A DNA stretch of 64,000 nucleotides from NCBI GenBank assembly GCA_964252035.1, contig OZ176201.1; one strand, given 5' to 3'. Source of the DNA: Podarcis erhardii. Taxonomy: Eukaryota. Positions 36,253 to 48,200 of the stretch are shown here, piece after piece. The notes beneath the pieces are model-generated. The model did no database searches. It saw only the letters and a list, made by a program, of their open reading frames with translations, and had not been told where the DNA came from. Positions within the stretch are counted from its first letter, which is position 1. Each line of letters starts with the position of its first letter. Both the position numbers and the translations under genes were made by a program.

Positions 36253-37295
36253 CTAGTCTCCCCATCACCACCACCCTCCAATCCAAATGTCCCAACATGA
36301 GTTTCCCCACTTCAGGCAACTCTTCAAGCATCTGCCTGAACGGAAAAGAAACAAGCAGGATCTAGTCCACCCTGTGAAACATCAGATAGACTCTAGCTAG
36401 TTGCCATGGTTCAAAGGGGCTTCTCCCATTTGGTGAGCCATCAGGGTGGGAGAAAGTCCATGTAGATAGAGCTTGACTGTCGCCGTCGCAGGCAAAATGC
36501 ATTGGCTGCTGGGATCCTATCCTTCCCAACTCAAACCTCCGACATCTGTTTTTGTAATACAAGGATGTTTCCAGTCTGTTGGTGGAAACTCCATCGCACC
36601 GGTCCTTAAGGGCTCCATCGGCCTGCTATGTGGGTTTTTTTATGTTAAGACGCTAAGGAGGGAGTGGAAAATGTAAATCCCGGTGTAAACGGAGGTGGGG
36701 TAGGGGCTCAGAAATGAAAGTGTTGGGAAGGCCCATTCCATTTTGACCTGCAGTTCTGACAGGGAATGAGAGGTGGCATCTGTTTTATTAGAGTCTTTTC
36801 TCATGGATGCTGAGGGAGCTGTGACTCAAAGATGAGGAGGGGGAGCCCATTTCTCTCCATTTAATTTGTTCCGACTCTTTCCTCCCCCTCCCTTTCCAAT
36901 GCAATGCCTCTTTGTGTTCTGTCTTCACCTACCCCACTCCAAACACACTCTATATTCACCAGTTTAGTTTTCTTTTGTTTTCTTTCTGTGGCTGGGGAGC
37001 AAAGCAGTCTTCTTTAGATTGATCGATGACATATAACACATACAGAAGCGCTGTCAGGAGCAGGTAAGCTTTGCTTGCCCCTCCAACTCCTCGTCGTCCT
37101 CTTCCCACCAATAGCTCATTGGCCTCTTCTATGTTGGGTTGGGGAGACAGCGGGAGTTAAAATACCCACCAGCTCCCTGCCTCAGAAAAAAACACTTCTA
37201 TGTAATCCAACAAAACTTGTTTCACTGAGAAAAAAACAAACCCTACTTCCTCTTTAACAGTGTGCTTTGTTGTAAACATATTTGAAACTATTACC

Positions 37296-37301
37296 AATAA
37301 A
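37296..37301 (+). terminator. PRKACA distal polyadenylation signal AATAAA
   Basis: ttaccAATAAAgttttgttt at the end of a UTR-like stretch; a proximal AATAAA is also present at 35851-35856. Confidence 0.7.
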
Positions 37302-37862
37302 GTTTTGTTTAAAAAAAACCTGAACTTTTATTTCTGAAGCATGACTTAAGACAGGGTGGTGTGGAGAAGAGGAAAAAGCAAGGGGCTGTGATGACATTGA
37401 GACGTTTGAACGCTAATACAGGAGACAGTACTTGGGCCTTCCAAATGACAGGTGCTAAATGATGGCACTGGATGGGAAGTTATGGAATATATCTTCTTAG
37501 AGAGCAGTATGTGTGCTCACATTTGCCACTGACACAGTGAGATTCTTTACCTACAGTTTAATTGCCATGCCTGAAGGTACATAGATTGAGGGTATTGTCT
37601 GTCCTGATCAACTTTAAGGAGGTCAGCTAACAAAATGGATTAGCTAGTTTTAACTTACTGGCCAATCAATAATGCAATAGCAATATAAGTGATATTTTGA
37701 GTCTGTTTAATTTTTAGTTTGTGGGAATTCTGCTAGCATCTTAAAGATGGAAAGTTAAGATTATCAAATAGCTGTGAAAATGGGATCATGTGTCTGTTAC
37801 CTAAAGTTTACACCAGCATTCCACAATTGCCAGATTCACTGGACCTGTGTGTTAATATATAT

Positions 37863-37872
37863 ATAGATAGAT

Positions 37873-37924
<52 letters not shown>
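37863..37924. repeat. (GATA)n microsatellite
   Basis: About 15 units, seen directly. Confidence 0.97.
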
Positions 37925-40353
37925 TGTAGCCATAGAATGTGGATATTCATAGAAAGCTCCTACCCTGCTGATTACAAAAGAATACACTATTTGTATATGA
38001 AATAAATGTCACATGTTGAGTTACGTAATGAACTATAGTGTTGTACAAAGTCCATTCATTCAAGGCCATTGAAAGTTGGGCAGACAAAATATAAACCACT
38101 TTAATGGTACACAGACATTCCCGTTCTTGTAAGAGATCAACCGTTATCAACAGTCTATGAGAAAACTAATTGTCTTAATCTCCAGAGGTACTGCAAGGTC
38201 TCTGGACATTTGTGTTTTGCTTTTGGGGTCTCTGCTTATGGCCATAGTTAAAAGAACTTTTTCAGCAAGATGTATGGCAACTGTAGTTGGCTATGATGTC
38301 ACTCTTTTCTTTAAATTTTGCTTTTTCTATGTACATATTTTCAGGCTTGGCTTGAAAAAGTGACAGCCTACCAGTAGCTTGTGGCACATTACAAACTAAC
38401 TTATTTGTGTTGCATTAGCTAGCTAGGATGCTAGAGCAGTTTTTAATGCTGCTACAAGACTCCTTTCTTGTTCTAGTTCGACTGAAGTTGGCTTCTAAAG
38501 AGATGTCTGCTCAAGTGAAGTGATGGAATGAGGTGCACTGGAAAACTAGGGTGAACTGTTCTAAAAGTGAATGGGTCATTCTGAGAATAACAAGCATTAG
38601 GGACTGAACAGCAAAGGGATGCAACTTGATTTGAAGCATGCTAGCTGCTTTCCCAGTTCATATAGAGGTAAGACTTCTTGGAGATGAAAACAGCTATGAG
38701 ATCCTTTTTGGTTCCTTTTTTAATTTTCTTAGCTAAACCCAGATACACTGTAGTTTGTTCACTTCACATTCCCCCAATGTTGACGACAGTTTGGAAGAGG
38801 AATTCCACTTTCACCTCCGGTTAATAGCTGTGGTATTACTTTCCAAAACTGCAAAATCTTTTTGACCAGAGATGGCAGTGGGACGAAAATGTGTGTGTGT
38901 ACACATGGGAACTGAAGCCCTTCTCAAACCACTTTTCATCTCTCAAACGTACCTGTCTCCCTCTTAAATTGCCTTCTGATACCCTATCTGGTCCCCATTG
39001 TTTGAGCACTTTTTTCTCTTCGTGATGTGGTCAGGCAAGGAGGCCACATCTGGTGATGAGCAAAGTCTTGCTCAGGAGGGTAGCACTTGGTTAACAGTGA
39101 TCCCCAGCGTTCTGAAGCTAACAGGGTGCAGAAGTTGTAGGCCAGTGAGCCTGCCTACAATTCTTGCAGCTTCTCGGAGCAGTCTGACACCATGCGGCCT
39201 CTCAATAGGTCCACATACAACTCATGGCTGCTATGCAAGAAAGTTGGTACAAAAGGCACTATAACACTAGAGAATGTTGAAAACCCAGAAGCACAAAGTT
39301 AAATCTCTCAAACACAGGCTTGTTAACGCAACTTGCCCCTTTTCCTGTCACGTAAGACAGGCTCCGTTGCCCTATGTAAGGAATCATACCCCAATTTCAA
39401 TGTATCAGCTGTTTAGGTATCTTCAAGTTGGATTAATCTGTATGTGTGCAGTCTTCAGGCCATTTGACTTGCATAATATCCTTTTTACATAAGATTTAGA
39501 TAACTGATGTGTATATATGTTAAAGTTGTATACTCAAGAGGAATGCTACATTTGGCATACTCTTGTCTCTGTTCAGGATGCCTGGAAACCTTGCATTTGC
39601 TTGCCAGCAAATACTGGAATTCTTGAACCTTGGTGTTTTAAGGAAAACCACAAATGAGAGATGTTAAGAGTAACAAAAATGCTACTGCAATTTTTCAAGG
39701 CGGTTGCTCTTGAAATCTCTCTGGAGGGCACAAATGCTTCGGTTTGGAAAAGATCATTCGTTTGACACAGTGGGAGTTTTAAAGTAAAACAAGTGGACTG
39801 GTAGTTTCAAAACATACTGAAAGCTACAGTGCTTTATTCCCACCTCTGGAAGGGAGGAGGGCTTGAAAAAGAGATGGCATGAAGGCAGTTCATTCCTGAC
39901 CACTTCCTCTCACTGACTCAGCTTGTGAACATGGGCATATTGCTTCCCTTTCCAGTGCCTCTTTCCCATCAGTAATGGGGGGTGGATCAAAGCCACTGCT
40001 TCCCACAGTCCACATCACTGCTTAATCGTGCTACCTGTGCCATAACTGGGAAAACTATGATTTGAGGTGGACTGGAAATTCTCACAGGATTAGCACTGGG
40101 GAAAGTATTGAGTTAAACAGGTACAGCCTATGAAGACACAAAACCCTGTTATTCTGCCCTAATTGCAATATGTGGGAACTGGGAATATAACTCATGAAAG
40201 CTACCCACTTGATCTTAACATATCCTTATCAGCTGTCCTCAACTTATAGAAGTAGTCCATAGCACAATGTTAAAACTCATGGTAACTTAGCATGGCTGTT
40301 CCATTTATACTATCCATTTTGCTTTTGGGGCCATAGAAAGATACCTGATTCTG

Positions 40354-41475
40354 TTTTGTTTTTTTTTATAAATATTTATTAAAGTTTTTAAATATAAATG
40401 CACAAATAATAAACAATCTTACTTCTATCACAGACATAATTTCATCACTTCTTTGGACTCCCTCACGTCTCCCGCTCCCATTTACATTGTTAAAAGTTTT
40501 TTCCAAACAAATTATCAACTTGTTTACAATCTCATGTCCACTCATTCAAATATAATCTAGCACTTCTTCCAAAAAATTTTATATTTTCTTTAGTCTCACT
40601 TATCATCAAATTTAAATCTAATTTAGTGGTGGCCAATTTTTTATAATCTAGCATCCTTCTTAACATTCAAACAAATTACAATGTTTTTGTAGATACATCT
40701 TGAATTTCTCCCAGTCTTCCTCCATCTTCTCTTCTCCCAGATCACGGATTCTGCCAGTCATCTCGGCCAGTTGCATATAGTCCATCAGCTGCATCTGCCA
40801 CTCTTCCAGTGTGGGTAGATCTTGAGTTTTCCAGTTTTTTGCGATGAGTATCCTTGCTGCCGTTGTTGCATACATAAAGAATGTTCGGTCCTTCTTTAAC
40901 ACCTTCTGGCCGACAATACCCAGAAGGAAGGCCTCTGGTTTCTTAGTGAAGGTATACTTAAATACCTTTTTCAGCTCATTATATATCATTTCCCAGAAGA
41001 CCTTCACCCTAGGGCATGTCCACCAGAGGTGAAAGAATGTTCCTTCATTTTCTTTACATTTCCAACATTTATTATCAGACGAATGGTATATTTTGGCAAG
41101 TTTAACTGGGGTCATGTACCATCTATATATCATTTTCATTACATTTTCCTTCAGAGCATTACATGCGGTGAAGTTCAGCCCAGTGGTCCACAACCTTTCC
41201 CAGTCCTCAAACATAATGTTATGCCCAATGTCCTGTGCCCATTTTATCATAGCCGATTTAACCATTTCGTCTTGTGTATTCCATTTTAACAGCAAGTTAT
41301 ACATTCTAGATAGTACCTTGGTCTTTGGTTCTAACAATTCTGTTTCTAACTTCGATTTCTCCACCTGGAACCCTAACTTTTTGTCATTTTTAAAAACTTC
41401 TTTAATCTGAGCATAATGTAACCAGTCTCACACCTTATCCTTCATTTTCTCCAAACTCTGCAATTTCCAATTGTC
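40354..41475 (-). mobile_element. Recent 5'-truncated L1-clade LINE (ORF2 C-terminal CCHC zinc knuckle, 3'UTR, polyA) with 19 bp TSD
   Basis: TSD agaaagatacctgattctg at 40335-40353 and 41476-41494; ORF 40660-41364 contains CWKC...HLWWTC; AATAAA plus polyA on -. Confidence 0.93.
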
Positions 41476-43229
41476 AGAAAGATACCTGATTCTGAGTCAG
41501 ATCATTGGTCTATCCAGCTTAGTCTGCACTGGCTGGCAGTGGCTCTCGGGTTTTTGATGCAAGGTTCCCCCCCCCCCCCCAGTTCTACCTTAAGCCACCA
41601 AGGATTGCATCTGGGACCTACATACAAAGCAGATGCTTTTGTTCTCCCCCAGAATCAACAAGGAAGGGATTCTGTTCTGTAGGATCCCTTATTGACTTTT
41701 CCCCTCTTCTTGCTCCTGCCCCAGGCATAAAGCAGATCACTACTGTATTTCTCTTATGATGGTCAGTGTACTGCAGGAACTCATCTACTATATAGTTCAG
41801 TAGGTTGCTGCACTCTGCATAGACATTCAACGCATCTCTCACCAAGAACCGAGCCTGCTCCTATTTACGTAACCTCTGTATTCTAATTCTTGGCCATGCT
41901 ATTGCGATGTATTGTTGGAAATATATATAGAAGTTGGAGCTGCAACAATATGATGCAGTGCTGAGTGCTGCTATTAAATATTCCAACCACTCCCTCAAAC
42001 CAGTTAGTCAGTCTCTGGCTCCTGAGCATGCTGTTCTCATTGGTCTGCTTTGAGATTTCCTTCCATTGGGTTTTTTCCACCATTTTTTTTTTGGTATTGC
42101 TACAAATCTTGGGGTTCCCCTATGCCTGGTAGTAGCTCCCCTTTTGTACAAGGGCCTACAGCTTGAAAAGTGGAGCGTACACAACATTTTGCAGCACTGC
42201 CCTTCAGAGTGACTGTGATGAAGACTGGTCCAGCTTGGTCAGGACTTGAGTAATTAGCAGGTAGAGAAGATGGACAATAGCACTGACTTCAACCAGACAT
42301 AGCTTAAGTTGGTGGTGCTGATGTGCACTGCTGACTTTTACGTGAACAGTAACTACCACACTATTTACTATGGATATGCTTTAGTGCAACTCGTGTTCAC
42401 AAATAAATGAACAGTGTGGTGTGCTAGCCTTTGGCATCTTGTGAAAATTTCACAGCCCTACAGTACATCAGTACAGAGAAAATATACTCAAGGCCTCAGT
42501 CACTCTAGTGCAGATTTCCTGTATCATCTCTTTGAAATTCAATAGTCAATATTCCTAGCATTGCTTAGATTCTGACTTCTGGGGCTGTGGGGAGGGGGGA
42601 ATCCAACTGTTACAATTAATTGCTTAACCATAATAGAACCAGGTACAAGCTTCCCCTTTCTGATCCTACTTATCCTCTTAAACTATGTTTTAGCAGCTTA
42701 TGTTTTGTTATGTCATCGCATCATAAACTCTGGGGTCCTGGCCAAAAAGAAGAGTACAGTAATCAAAATGCAACATATTGTGAAATCTAAGGGCCTCCTT
42801 TCTAACATTTCTAGTGTATGAGAACAAGAGTTGGAGGAGGGTACCCAAGACTGTGAGAGTTTACAGCAGGACATCCTAGTGTGACCAGAGGACAACTGGT
42901 TGTGACAACCGCAAGAGTTCAGTTCAGTCTGACCTCTGTGTATTTACTTGGATGCAAGTCTCACTATGCTCAGTGGAGCTTGCTTTTCTGTGCACAGAAC
43001 TGAAACCTTAATGGTGTAGCCTAGGGCTGCAAAAGCAAATGTCATAGGAAGTGAAGGAGTGGTGGCTGGGAGGGACATTTTTCCTCTCTTACAGCCGCCT
43101 TTAAAAAAACACACAAAGCAAAACATAGAGGTTCTGATCTCCTTCCATATTTGAGCGCTCATATTTATTTGCTGTAGTCAGGAAATGCAAGTGTACAGGG
43201 GCAGGCAGGACAAACCTTCAGCGATCGGG

Positions 43230-45230
43230 ATTAAGCAAGGGCGTGGACGCTGACCGCTGTAGTTTTGAGTGAATAAATGTGGACTAGGAGGAGGTCAGGT
43301 TCGTAAATTGGGCAAATGAAGACGGGCGTTTGAGAGGAAAGCTAAGCATTGCAGGCTGAGGGGAAAACTTCTATTCCACTTTCCGCTGAAATCCGCCGCT
43401 GAAACTCCTGCTGCTATAAATGGAACAGCCAGCGAGTTTTTGTTTTTTAAAAAAGAATTCTGTACTCGCCGGATTCCTGCTGTTGACTTCTGCCTGAGGC
43501 GGCCAGAGCGCCCTTTCCAGCCGGCGCGGCCGCTAAGGGGACGCTGCGAATTCTCCTGCTCCACCTTAAGCCGCCAAGTGTAGGGAGGCTACGGGAGGCA
43601 ACAGCGCCTCCTTAAGCGGCTGCGGGTCCCGCTCGGGCGGTGGTGGAGGCGGCGGCGCGTGCGGCTGGGGGAAGGGGAGGGAGGAGCTCGCGCTGCCCGG
43701 ACCAGCCCGCGCGCCGCCGCTTCCAGCAGCAGCAGCGCCTGCCGGGCGGAGGGTCTAGTTGGCGCCGCGCGGGCAAGAGCTGAGGCCAAGGCGGAGCGGC
43801 GCACGGGGGCAGCGAAGCCCCGGGGGAGGCGGCAACACCATGGCCGGGCCCCCGCCGCCGCCCCCGGGCCAGGAGGCGCCGCGCTACCAGGAGTGGATCT
43901 TGGACACCATCGACTCGCTGCGCTCGCGCAAGGCGCGCCCGGACCTGGAGCGCATCTGCCGCATGGTGCGCCGGCGGCACGGCCCGGAGCCGGAGCGCAC
44001 CCGCGCCGAGCTGGAGAAGCTCATCCAGCAGCGCGCCGTGCTCCGCGTCAGCTACAAGGGAAGCATCTCGTACCGCAACGCTGCGCGGGTCCAGCCGCCT
44101 CGGCGAGGCGGAACGCCCGCCGCCAGCCCCGCGGCCCCGCAGCGGCCGGCCCGCACTTCCCCGCCCAGCGCTCCCGCCGCCGCCGCCGCCGCCGCCACCG
44201 CGACGCCCCGGTCCTCCCAGCGTGCAGTGCCCCGCGCGGAGCCAGCCGCGCCGCCGCCGCCGCCACCTCCGCCGCCGCCACCGCCGCAGCCGCCGCCTCC
44301 TCGTCGGACCGGCCGGGAGCGACCGCCGCCGCCGCCTGCCCCCGCCCCGGAGGAGCCCTCCCCCGTCAGCCTGCGAGAGATTGTGCGCTACTTGGGCGGC
44401 GACGGCGCCGCGCCGGGGGGCGGCCGAGTGACTCGAGGCCGAGCGCAGGGGCTGCTCCAAGAGGAGCGGCTGGAGAGGACCCGCTTGGGTGGCGGCGGGG
44501 GCGGGGGCGGCAGCGGCAACAGCGTCGCCTTGCCCAGGGCGGAGAGAGGCGCGCAGGCCCGGGCGCCCAGCGCCAGGGCTTACAGGAACAAGGTGAGGGG
44601 CTGCCGCGGCGCGCGCGGGGGGAGGGGTGGGGGCGGGGCGGCGGGGGCGCACGGGCTGAGGGGAACAGGTGAGCTTCCCCAGGACGGAAAGGGACCTAGC
44701 GGAGGAGTGCGCGCGCAGGGGGCGCCCGAATACTGGGCGCGCGGGGGGGGGCGGGGGGGCGGGCGCCGGAGAGGAGCCTCTTTCGGGGAGGGCAGACGGC
44801 GGCGCCCAGCCCCCCGAATGTTGTCAGCGGGCGCTCGCGCAGGTGTGCGTGTGTCTGGGAGGAAGAGTTATGGGCAGCGCCCAATCAAATCGCTTTGGCA
44901 CGGGAGGGGGCGCCACGATTGGTGCCTGGGCTTCGACGGGGCGACATTCTCCCGTGCAGTTCCGAAGTATTGTGGGAAGGTGAGCGGAAAGGCCGCCGCT
45001 GGATGGCACAACTCCGCCTGGTCCGCGGGGAACTTGCGGGGCCGAGTTGGGGAGCGGGTAAGAACCACCCCCGGGCGTGCGGAGGGGCTCCGCTCACCTG
45101 CGCGCGTGGCCCTCCGGTGACATTTGTGCGGCGTTGGGGATGCACGACGGGCCCTGGACAGTGGCCCCTTCTCTGACCTCGCCCCCCCCCCGCCAAACTC
45201 AGGCCGTGCCAGGCTCCGTATAAACACAGA
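43230..45230. promoter_or_regulatory. CpG island / SAMD1 promoter
   Basis: About 2 kb very GC- and CpG-rich region covering the SAMD1 5' end and start of intron 1; TATAAA at 43415-43420. Confidence 0.9.
43840..44592 (+). CDS. SAMD1: SAMD1 exon 1 (winged helix, Ala/Pro/Gly tracts)
   Basis: caacaccATGG Kozak context; MAGPP start as in mammalian SAMD1; donor AACAAG|gtgagg. Confidence 0.93.
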
Positions 45231-48200
45231 ACAAAGAGTCAGTTTGTGCTTGACCTAAAGGGTTCTGTAACCTCCAAATAAGGTCGGGAGGTGGTGGGAG
45301 TAGTAAGGCAGCGAATGCAAACGGGGAGCGGAGGGGGGAGCAGAAAAGGAGAAATCATGTGGTGTTGGTCAGGAGGGTGACCAGCTCTGGAATGTAACCC
45401 AATCCAGTAAGGATCAGAGCAATTATCAAGGGTAGAATACAATTACAGTCCAGTAAAAAGAAGCCCCTTTTGGTTCTCTCTTATTTTTGGCAAGTTTTCT
45501 GTTACAAGGATGGCAATAGATTTCCATAAATCTAGGCGGATCCGCCCAACAAAGCCAAGTGGAGGGATGGTGTGGCTGAAGTTTGATTCCATCTCTTCTT
45601 GGATTAGAAGGCTCCTGCTGTGTTTCAAAGAGCCTCTGAGCATTTTGCGGTAGTACTTTGGAGGCCTTTACCAAGACTAGAAACACCGCTGGTTCCAAGT
45701 ACAGTGGTACCTCGGGTTAAGTACTTAATTCGTTCCGGAGGTCCGTACTTAACCTGAAGCACCACTTTAGCTAATGGGGCCTCCTGCTGCTGCCACGCTG
45801 CCGGAGCACGATTTCTGTTCTCATCCTGAAGCAAAGTTCTTAAGCACTATTTCTGGGTTAGCAGAGTCTGTAACCTGAAGCATATGTAACCTGAAGTGTA
45901 TGTAACCCGAGGTACCACTGTACAGTAACTCATTTTGAACAAATAAGGGAAACTGAAGCAGGATTACAAGAAATGGCTCTGAGTAAAATTACATTGTAAC
46001 CTGGAAGTAGATTGGGTTAGTTGTCAAAGTGTGCAATCCTGTTTATGTCTAGACAGAAGTAACAGCACAGAGGTCAGTGGTACTTAACTCCCAGAAAAGT
46101 TGGCATAGGATTTAGCAAAAGGCCACACCCTTAGCCTGGAAGTAAGCACCGTTAACAACAATTATGTGTAGGACAGTACTGTAAAGTCAATAAAAGTGAA
46201 ACAAGGAACTTGAGGCACCAACATTGAGTAAGCCTGGAGAGTTAGACACAGGGGTGATTAGTCTGGGGTGCTGTGGAAGCAGGGCCTGGATTTGTAAATA
46301 TATATATGTATTCTTTTTATGTTTGCAGAAGGCAGGTGAGGAGGTCAAAGGTGAAGAAGAAGAAGAGGAGGAGGAAGAAGAAGAGGATGAAGCCTCCACC
46401 ATGTCTGAAGGTTCAGAGGTGGCACAAGATTATGAGGCCAGCAACTACAGCAGACCTGGGATAGGCCAGGTGAACGGGGACTGTAAGGACAGCAAGCATG
46501 GTGGGAAAGACATCCCACCCAGCAGTGCCCTCACCAGAGACCTGCGCTCCCTCGAGGAGCAGCCCTTGAACAAAGGATCAGAGCGTCCCCACCATGAAGG
46601 AAACGAGCAATGTCATACAAAGGCCTCTTGGCCTGGAGAAAGTGCCTGTCACCATCTGGGGGGCAGCAAGAAAGATGGCAGCGCCTATCAGCAGCCAGAC
46701 AGAGCAGGTATAGGGTATAGGGTGGGCGAGAGGGCGGGGGGAATAGTTGGCTAAACTTGATTTTTCTTGGGAGACCCAGGCCCTAGAGGGATATGGCAAA
46801 AGATCCTAATGGAGGAACCATTGGAGATGGTGATAAGATTATTGCACAGGTTTTTCCAGTGTAAATAGACCCCTGGCGTCATTGTGCAACTCACTATTGA
46901 GAATTATGCCTAGGAGCCCTAGGCCAGGTCAGTAGTATTATGGGTGGATGAGGAGTGGGGGGATCGGATTGTGGGAAGATGGCTTTGGCTCTCAGGTGTT
47001 TGTGCCATGGGAATTAAAACTGGCTTCTTGTTCTTCCTCAGAAGGGCTCCAGGCACACACACACAAAAAAATTCATTCACCAGCTCTGCTTTGTAAGAGA
47101 ACCAGGCCCATTCCCATTTGTGTATTTTTTTCTCCCTCTCTCTTACTTTCTCCCAGTGTCACCAGCTGTTGCAGGTACTGAGCCCTCTGTGCCCTCATCC
47201 CCTGGGAGACCTGGCATCCAGGCAGATGGGAGACCCTTCAGCTGCACGTAAGTTTTGAGTGGGCACTAAAAACCAATTTGTTTAATGACAGCTAGTTCAC
47301 CTATGGCCCTCTGTAAGGAGAGAACACTTGAGTCCCCTGCTATCAGTGCCACCACCTATTTGGGGGAATCTAGAAAAGGAACAGACAAGACGTCTTCAGC
47401 AGTGAGTAAAGGCTGACTGCATCTAGAAGGGCTTTCTTCAGATGCCTCCCTCCTTCATTGGAGGAAATGAGTTGCTGCTGCCTTTCAGATTCCAAAGCAG
47501 GCACAGTGGGGTTGAAATACTTAGACGTCCTCATTAGGCTGCTTTTCACATTGCCATATTCGTGTGACTGTGATGCCATATTGGTGCCTTCCTGTTTGCT
47601 GGGATAGGCTTCCTGTTAGCCTGGCCTCTGTCATCCATGTTCTGGGAACCTCCAAGATAGACTGCTGGAATGCACTGTCTATAGAGCTGCCTTGGGAAAC
47701 TGTTCAGAAGCTGCAGTTTGTATAGAGTACAGCTGCTTGATTGCTGCCTGGGACTGGGGGTTAGGATCATGTTTTGCCTGTGCTATGCGGCTGCACTGGC
47801 TTCCATTCCATTAGTGGGTCCTGTTCAAAGGGAACTTGAAGGGCCATCTGTCTCCAGATAGGCCTCACTGACTGAGGTGAGGTGGGTGGCAACCAGAGAA
47901 AGTTTATTTTTGCTGGTGGATCCCCAGCAAGTGATGGAACATCTTCTGCCCAAAGATGTTTCCCTGACAAGATGCTATTTTTCCTTTCAGCTCCAAGCAG
48001 GTGTCTTTTTATTTACCCAAGCTTCTGAGATGAAGTTCTTGCTCTCTGTCATTTTGCGGCATTTGACTTACTTTATTATTCACATTTTGTTTTATTCTTG
48101 TAACCCCTCCCCTTCCCGCAATATATTTGAAGGGTGGTTTAAAAATACACATAATAAATTACTGGGGTGGGGTTTGGGTGGCCCAGTACAGAAAAACTTG

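Noticed and set aside
43612-44672. Long overlapping ORFs (346 aa on -, 337 aa on +) across SAMD1 exon 1
   Set aside because: Stop-poor shadow frames of very GC-rich coding DNA, with no recognisable domain
43759-45120. 453 aa ORF as the SAMD1 protein
   Set aside because: It uses a non-ATG upstream start and reads into intron 1. The likely start is ATG 43840 and the donor is 44592.
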